Source: Octopus bimaculoides (Eukaryota). From it: a stretch of 32,635 nt of DNA. The notes under the pieces are model-generated. The model had not been told where the DNA came from. It made no database searches and saw nothing but the letters and a program-made list of their open reading frames with translations. Position 1 is the stretch's first letter; every line of letters starts with the position of its first letter. The position numbers were made by a program, and so were the translations under genes. Below, one piece after another: positions 12,618 to 21,874 of this stretch. The stretch covers positions 20,760,438 to 20,793,072 of the forward strand of contig NC_068991.1 in assembly GCF_001194135.2 (NCBI RefSeq), read 5' to 3'.

Positions 12618-15558
12618 CTACCTCGGCTTATATACTGCATCAACTTGTATGATGGGGAACACAGTAAGCAGTTAATTAACTAGACAACAAAATACAGGAA
12701 CTCTCAAAGAAACTTCTCACCTCGGTAATCACCTTCTCCTTTCTCTTCTCTGTAGTACACCTGAAATAAATAAAAGGATATTTGTTATGTGAACGGATTA
12801 AGAGCACACAGAGACATTCATTTACTGTCACTCTCTCTCTCTCTCTCTCTTTCTCTCAGACATACTCATTATTTCTTAACATGGTAACAATTGAGTGAGA
12901 TATGCTGGCGCATGCTTTCGTATAATCCATTTCCTTAACATTAATGTGTACGCATGCATATGTACATGTATGCATGTGTGTATACGTATGTATATCTTTA
13001 TATATACACATATATGTGTGTGTATGTATGCATATACACATACGTACATACAAATATATTTATCTATATAAGCATATATGCACATATCTGTCTGTCTGTC
13101 TTTCTATCTATCATCTATCTATCTATTTATCTACGTGTGTGTGTGTACATACATATATGCATATAAATATACACACATATCTATCTATTTATCTCTCTAT
13201 CTATCTACCTATATATTATACATACATATATATATTACACATACATTATATATTATACATACAGCTAGCTTCTAAGTATTCATTTGACAGTGGAGCCACA
13301 TGGCTTAGTGGTTACGGTGTTGGACTCATGATCATAAAATTGTGGTTTTGATTCCTGGACCGGGTGTTGTGTTCTTGAGCAAAACACTTCATTTCATGTT
13401 GCTCCAGTCCACTCAGCTGGCAAAAATTAGTCATCCTGTGACAGATCAGCGTCCCGTTCAAGTGGGAAATATATACACCATGGAAACCGAGGAATTGGCC
13501 CTAAAGCGTCAGTATGACTTGAGAAGGAAACTTTAACTAACTTTAATTCATTTGACATGCTAGAAATAGCAGTTGCCTTTCTATATCAAACCTCACTGAC
13601 ATAAACCAGGGAGATCATATTAGATAGTGCTGGACAAGATACCCTTCGAGAGCTGCAATGATCATGGCTGGAATGCTTTTGGTCACAGCTCTGCTTCNNN
13701 NNNNNNNNNNNNNNNNNNNNNNNNNNNNNNNNNNNNNNNNNNNNNNNNNNNNNNNNNNNNNNNNNNNNNNNNNNNNNNNNNNNNNNNNNNNNNNNNNNNN
13801 NNNNNNNNNNNNNNNNNNNNNNNNNNNNNNNNNNNNNNNNNNNNNNNNNNNNNNNNNNNNNNNNNNNNNNNNNNNNNNNNNNNNNNNNNNNNNNNNNNNN
13901 NNNNNNNNNNNNNNNNNNNNNNNNNNNNNNNNNNNNNNNNNNNNNNNNNNNNNNNNNNNNNNNNNNNNNNNNNNNNNNNNNNNNNNNNNNNNNNNNNNNN
14001 NNNNNNNNNNNNNNNNNNNNNNNNNNNNNNNNNNNNNNNNNNNNNNNNNNNNNNNNNNNNNNNNNNNNNNNNNNNNNNNNNNNNNNNNNNNNNNNNNNNN
14101 NNNNNNNNNNNNNNNNNNNNNNNNNNNNNNNNNNNNNNNNNNNNNNNNNNNNNNNNNNNNNNNNNNNNNNNNNNNNNNNNNNNNNNNNNNNNNNNNNNNN
14201 NNNNNNNNNNNNNNNNNNNNNNNNNNNNNNNNNNNNNNNNNNNNNNNNNNNNNNNNNNNNNNNNNNNNNNNNNNNNNNNNNNNNNNNNNNNNNNNNNNNN
14301 NNNNNNNNNNNNNNNNNNNNNNNNNNNNNNNNNNNNNNNNNNNNNNNNNNNNNNNNNNNNNNNNNNNNNNNNNNNNNNNNNNNNNNNNNNNNNNNNNNNN
14401 NNNNNNNNNNNNNNNNNNNNNNNNNNNNNNNNNNNNNNNNNNNNNNNNNNNNNNNNNNNNNNNNNNNNNNNNNNNNNNNNNNNNNNNNNNNNNNNNNNNN
14501 NNNNNNNNNNNNNNNNNNNNNNNNNNNNNNNNNNNNATATATATATCAGTTGTCAACTGTGGACCACGAGAGCCACTACATAAACCTGACAATTGCATAA
14601 TACACGAAAGTACTAGTTTATTTCAATATTGTAAAATTGTAAAAAAACTGTAAATAATAAAATGTGCAAATCAGACTAAGTCGGAATTTCATTGATTAAT
14701 AAATATCTATATGTGTGTGTGTGTGTGTGTCTTTGTGTCTATTTATTTCCCGTCCTTCCCGACTACAGCTTGACAATCAGTATTGTTGTGTTTATGTCCT
14801 TGTAATTCATTAGTTTGGCAAGAGATTGATAAAATAAGTACCGAGTATGAGGTTTAAGAAAAAACGAAAATACTGAGGCCCCAGTATGAGTGCACTCTGT
14901 CCTAGCATGACTGCAGCCTAATGGCTGAGACAAGTAAAAGATAGAAGATATGATCCAGCTGAGAACTGTCAAGTTTGTCTGGTGACTGAATGCTTCAGAG
15001 TTGTTCATTGAAGACAATGAACAAATGAATGTCATGCATGACCGAACAACTGGAATGAAGGGGATATATGTTACTTGAACCACATCTGACCCAATTATGT
15101 TTGGTTGCATGCACAGTCTGTGTGAGCGGGTATATGTATCAATGCTACATTTAAACTATGTTACTAACATTCAGAAGGGACAGAACAAAGGTACCACAAA
15201 AAAAAAAAAATAGTAATAATAATAATAATAATAATTACAACAGGATCAAAGAGAAAGAAGAAAAAGTGAACAACTATGACAAACTGAAGTGGGAAATATA
15301 CAGGTTATGAGCAATGAAGAGAGTGGATATGATTGGTTCACTTGGAAGTATTAGCACTCAACTACCAACATGGCTCAAAAAGACTGGTCCAAATGTAAAG
15401 AAAGAACACTTTAAAAAATTAGCATTGCTAGTAACTGCAAGAGTTCTCCACATGGTTCTTGAAGCATAATCTGTAAACAAGTACAGCCTTAGTCTGCAGG
15501 CTGTGGGCAGCTGACACTTTCCATCATAACCAGCAAATTAAGCTGAGAGCTTTCATCA

Positions 15559-15656
<98 letters not shown>

Positions 15657-17102
15657 TAATAATAATTCTTTCTGCTAAAGGCACAAGGCCTGGAATTTTG
15701 GGGGAGGGGACTAGTCAATAACATCAACCTCAGTACACAACTGGTACTTAATTTATCAACCACAAAAGGTTAAAAGGCAAAGTCGACCTCAGCGGAATAA
15801 TGATAATAATAATAATAATAATCCTTTCGACTACAAGCACAAGGCCTGAAAATTTTGGGGGAAGGAACTAGTTGATTACACTGACCCTGGAACTCAGGTG
15901 ATACTTAGTTTATCAACCCCGAAAGGAAGAAAGGCAAACTCAACCTCAGTGGAATTTGAGCTCAAAATGTAGCGACAGATAAAATACCGCTAAGTATTTC
16001 ACCTGGTATGCTAATGATTCTGCCAGCTTGCCACAAGGGTAGCAATTTTGGTAGCATCCTCGAAAGGATGGAAAGGTTAAGTCAACCTCGGCAGAATTTG
16101 AATTCAGAGCATAGCAACAGGTGAACATTTCGTCAGGTGCAATAATGATTCTGCCAGCTCACTACCTTAATAATAATAATGGTCTTTTCTACTAAAGGCA
16201 CAAGGCCTGAAACTTTGGGGGAGGGAACTAGTCAATGTAATTGACCCTAGCGTTTCACTGGTACTTAATTTATTGACTCCGAAAAAATGAAAGGTAAAGT
16301 TGACCTTGGCGGAATTTGAACTCAAAACGTAAAGAAAGATGAAATGCCACTAAGCATTGCGTCCAGCACTTTAACGGTTCTGCCAACTTGCCGCCTTAAT
16401 AATAATAATAGTAATAATAATAATAATAATAATGGTTTCAAATTTTGGCATACAGTCAACAGTTTATGAGAGGTGGGGAGTCAATTACATCAACCCGAAT
16501 ACTTGACTGCTACATATTTTACTGGCCCCAAAAGGGGAATACAGCCAAGAAATTTTGAAGGAGGGAGGGAGTTAGTTACTACTATTGACCCCAGTACTAA
16601 ACTAGTACTTCCTGTTATCAACCCTGTAAATATGAAAGCCAAAGTTTACATTTTGTGCGGAGTCACACAGAAGACAGTAAATCAATTATTATCTCTAAAC
16701 AACATAAATGGCAGCAAAGGAAAATATCTATATATGATGGCAGTGAAAGTATATATCTATCAATCATCAGTTCAGCTGGAGCAATACCCAACCAGCTCAG
16801 TAAAGACATTAGCAGGTTACCTGCAAGGTGTGGATATGAGCCTGTTTGAGAATATAGCAATACTGGGATCTGTAAATGTTGTCAGTACATTCTGCTACAG
16901 CCTTTGTTAACCATAAATACTCCTATGTCATCCAAGATGTATCAAAATCTTTATTTGGATATTCCATAAACCATAAGCAATAAAGAAACAAGTTCTGGTT
17001 TTCTTTCTTTTGTGCTAATGCTTTTGATAGGCCCAGTTTTAGAGAAGAGAGAGAGGGGAGAGAGAAAAAGGGAGAGGGAGAGAGAGAAAGAGAGAGAGAG
17101 AG

Positions 17103-17149
<47 letters not shown>

Positions 17150-17611
17150 TTGTATGTCTGAGTTTTGTGTCACCAGTAATACAAGATATTCTTAGATGTT
17201 CCACAACAACAGTATTATCAAGAAATAACTCTTTCTAATTTTGACACAAAGCCAGCAATTTTGAGGCGAGAAGGAAACAATTGCATTGACCCTAATACTG
17301 AGGTGGTATGTGTTTTATCAACCTCAAAAGATGAAAAGCAAAGATGGATTTGGCAGCATTTGAACACAAAACAAAGAACCAGAATAAATGCTGCTAAGCA
17401 TTTTGTTCGCTCAGTGCAGTTGTGATTCTGCCTAAAGAGAAGATGATGCCATGAATGTATGTACGTAAGCTTGTAGTTATGTGTATTAAAAATCATATAA
17501 AGTTTACACTTACTTTATCTTTGTCGCTCTCGATATTTGCAACTATTTCTCCCTTCTCTTGAACACCTACATCATTTTCTGAAACAAACAAAAAATATCT
17601 TTAAAAATGTT

Positions 17612-17642
<31 letters not shown>

Positions 17643-19601
17643 TCTTGTAATTTTTTAATGATACCTTTATTCATTTTGATTTTACACGTTATATATATGT
17701 TAATATATACCAGATCTGGTGTGTTTACAAATTTTAAATTTCTTTTATATTGCTGTTGTTGTTGTAGTGGTTCATCTCAAGTCAACCCTGACTGAGCTGA
17801 CCCTATGATCAAAGGTATTTAAGTCATGACCATTCCATCTTTGTTTAAGACTGTATCCTTGATACCTTCATTACTAAGACAGAAGTTAGATTGGGAAATA
17901 TTTCGACAGCTCTTTCTAGTGGGCTATGCAACCACTTAAAGGTGCTCCGCTTCCCTGTCTTCAGTGACCTCGCGAAACATTTTCATAGGACAAAAAAAGA
18001 TAAACATATCTCCCTAGTGTGAGAAGAAACTGACACTTCTATTGCAGTTGCACTTCTCCACACCACTCCTCATCCACCATTCACTACATCCATTCATCAG
18101 CTCAAGCCAGTCTCTACAGTTGTCACCTACTTTTCCTGATCTCTCCTGCTTATTATCCACTCAACATTTGCCCTTCATTCACCAACTTGGTGTTGGTGAC
18201 TGACAGTTGCAGCAGCCACAATGATGGTGACAATGCTGAATTTAAGAAAATAGAGAAACAAGTTCAAAGATAGAAAATTACCAATGATGAGATGTAGGTG
18301 GTATAGGAGCCAGTCTACAAAATAGTGAACAAGGGAGCTTCTAAGTGGTTTTCAATCCTGGTAGGAATAACAGTCAAATTTTTCACAAATCATACTAAAG
18401 GAAAGCACACTGGCTAATGTAATCTGAGATATACATATACACTGTCTCAAGAATTACAACACTGATGAGCACAGACAATAAAAGAGCCTTTTATACAGCA
18501 ATTCATCCTACATGAAATAACAGCTACATCTCCCTCAGATCACAATCTACCGTCTTAAAAAATCATACTTTTAAATATAAAATATCAAATGCACCCTTTT
18601 TTAAAGCCTAGCCAGGCTCATGGGCCCCATTTCCCGGTTTCAATGGTGTACGTGTTACCCAGCTGGATGGGATGCCAGTCCATCACAGCGTTACTCATTT
18701 TTGCCAGCTGAGCGGACTGGAGCAACATGAAATGAAGTGTTTTGCTCAAGAACACAACGCGTCACCTGGTCCAGGAAATGAAACCACAATCTTACGATCA
18801 TGCTGACACCCTAACCACTAGGCCACACACCTCCACACCTTTTAAATATAGGGGATTACATTTTATATAATGTAGTCTCTGGTATATATATATCCCTGTA
18901 AAGAATCTATCTGAAAAAGAGGAGGCAGTGAAGGACGAGGAGGTTAGGATAAACAAAAGGATGGTCATAAAAACTCACTAGTTGCTGTTTCTTGGAGATT
19001 AAGTTTATCTTCTATGGAACTTATATAGCTGTTCAGTCTGTTGATTTCATCTTCGGAATGTTCTAATTGTTTCTGGAAACAAGTATAAATAAAATAAAAA
19101 AGTTAAAGTTAAAGGAAAACTTGTAAGGCATAGCAAAAGGGATAAAATTAATATAGGAAGTACCAGACATCAACTCCATTGAATAAAACGTTCGAACTAG
19201 CTTTAATGGCTGTGAGGCATACTAGTAAGTTTCTATATCGCAGTGTCTGATTAACAGCAAAATATACAGAATAATACATGCTCTATTTAACACATAAGCT
19301 TCCTAAATGTGAATCATACAAAGTAGAGTGTTACCTGTCACGGGACAGATAACTTTGTAGGTATACTTTTGCCACCATGGGTAATATCAGGAAACATGAT
19401 ACCAAATTATCAAATTTCTTGGTGGTTATACAATATGATCGAATAAAGACTAATTTTCAAGGGGAAATATTTTATCATTTTAAATTAAATTTAGATGAAA
19501 TTATATTCAAAAAGTAAAAAATGAAACTGAAAGCAAAATAACTGAGGCGATTCTATACTATGGAAGCTTACACACATACACAGACATAAATACAGACAGT
19601 G

Positions 19602-19632
<31 letters not shown>

Positions 19633-19834
19633 TTATGCAGAAAGACAGACAGATATAGATATATTAGTAGTCAAAACCTGTTTAGAATATCTTCAGGTGT
19701 AGAGTACCAGTCATTCTAAAGATGAAGTCAGAAGCTGAATCACACTAAGGGAATTATGCTAAGGACGCATATGTCTGTAGAATGCTCAGTCACTTGCATA
19801 TTAACTTAGGAGCAAGTAATCCACAAGACATATA

Positions 19835-19909
<75 letters not shown>

Positions 19910-21834
19910 CTGGGTATAGTTGTAGATACTAGTGACGTCGCATCTCATTTCTACAGCTGAGTGAACCAAAGCAACATGAAATAAAGTGTCTTGCTCAAGA
20001 ACACAACAGGCAGCCAGGTCTCGGAATCGAACTCACAATCCCACAATTGTAAGCCCAATGCTCTAACTACTGAGTCATGAACATGTGACCACACACACAC
20101 ACACATATATACCTGTATGTGTGCGTGTGTAGTGTATACACTATGTTATATCCACAGTGACTGGACGTCGTGTGCAGGTGGCACGTAAAACACACCATTT
20201 CGAGCGTGGCCCTTTGCCAGTACCGCCTGACTGGCCTTCATGCCGGTGGCACGTAAAAGCACCCACTACACTCTCGGAGTGGTTAGCATTAGGAAGGGCA
20301 TCCAGCTGTAGAAACTCTGCCAGATCAGATTGGAGCCTGGTGTAGCCATCTGGTTAACCAGTCCTCAGTCAAATCGTCCAACCCATGCTAGCATGGAAAG
20401 CGGACGTTAAACGATGATGATGATGAAAGAGAAAGAGAGGACTTTTTAACAGAATTTTGAATATCATTCATATTCTCTTTTACTGTAAATCTTCAGTACC
20501 CCCAACATCAAAATAAAAACCATTGTCCTTACCTTTAACCTTTTTTCCTCCGCACTTTCCACAGTTTCTTTTGTTTCATTACCTGATTAAAAGAAAATTA
20601 TCCAAAAATGTCAAATAATTAATTGCTAATGACATGGGTGGCATGTAATATCCTGGGAAGTAAGGGATGACTGTGCTAACAAAAGTGTTTGTAAATTGGA
20701 ATGATGGAGGTAGTAGCCATGGAAGAGATGGACCCATAAATGATTTGGGGTCGATTTGCTCGCCTAAAGGCGGTGCCCCAGCATGGCCACAGTCAAATGA
20801 CTGAAACAAATAAAAGAGTAAAGAGGAAAGGTGATGTCTATGACCCTTTTAAGGCCTCAAAGATGCCCCAGCTGCTTGAAATAAATTGGACTTTGTTACA
20901 GGTATCTAGAGAACCGATGGTCATATTAAACCAAGCGATGGATTACATCTGCTACACAAATTAGTGACAACAGGATTGGGACTCAGGATATATAGACCAG
21001 GAGGAATGACACAAGGCATTTTGTCCAATGGTCTGCCAATTATTCTGTCAATCATAATGCCTTACATTGGTACTATATTTATCAACCCCTGGAAGGATGA
21101 AAGGAAAAGGTGACTTCAGCAGGATTTGAACTCAGTACCTGATAAAAATCAAGATAAATACCACAGAATGCTTTAATGATTCAGCTGATTTATTACCTAT
21201 GCTAAAATGATGATGATGATAATTAGTTTATCAATCTCAGAATTATGCAAGACAAAATTAATTACAGTGGAGTTTGAACACAGAATTCTGAACATAAAAC
21301 AACATGACAAAATATCACAAAGCATTTTGTCTATTGCTCAACCCATTCTGTCAACGGAAAAAAATTCACACTAATTCTACCAAATAAAAAAAGACAGATA
21401 AACAGGAATGGCGCACCTGATGTCTGTTGACTGTCCAATTTTTCTTGATATGTTTTTTTAAGGTCGGTGATCTTCTGGTAGTACATATTTTGGAGGGCAG
21501 ACACTTCATCATGATGCCGTTCTTTCTCACTATGGAACTGTTTCTCAAGCTCCTGGAAATAATTTTGAAAAGCATTCAATTTCTCTAGATATAAATTCTA
21601 CCAAGCAGGAAAATTTTTTAATGATAATAATGATTTCAAATTTTGGCAGAAGGTCGATAATTTCAAAGGATGGAATAAATCAATTACATCAACCTGAGTG
21701 ATCAACTGATACTTATTTTATTGACCCTCAAAAGATGAAAGGCAAAGTTGACCTGGCAGAATTCGAACACAGGCAAATGAAATGTCACTAAGCGTTTTGC
21801 TTGGTGTGGTAACGATTCTGGAAGCTCATTGCCC

Positions 21835-21874
<40 letters not shown>

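Noticed and set aside
12856-13351. Many overlapping ORFs rich in C/V/Y/I/H/T (also 9534-10008, 15524-15763, 24347-24607, 28394-28745, 30310-30693)
   Set aside because: Translations of di-, tri- and tetranucleotide microsatellites or SINE and MITE bodies.
13292-13365. tRNA-like sequences (also 11225-11298, 5435-5506, 22269-22340)
   Set aside because: A and B boxes are present, but each continues into a SINE body and I see no complete cloverleaf or terminator; these are SINE heads, not tRNA genes.
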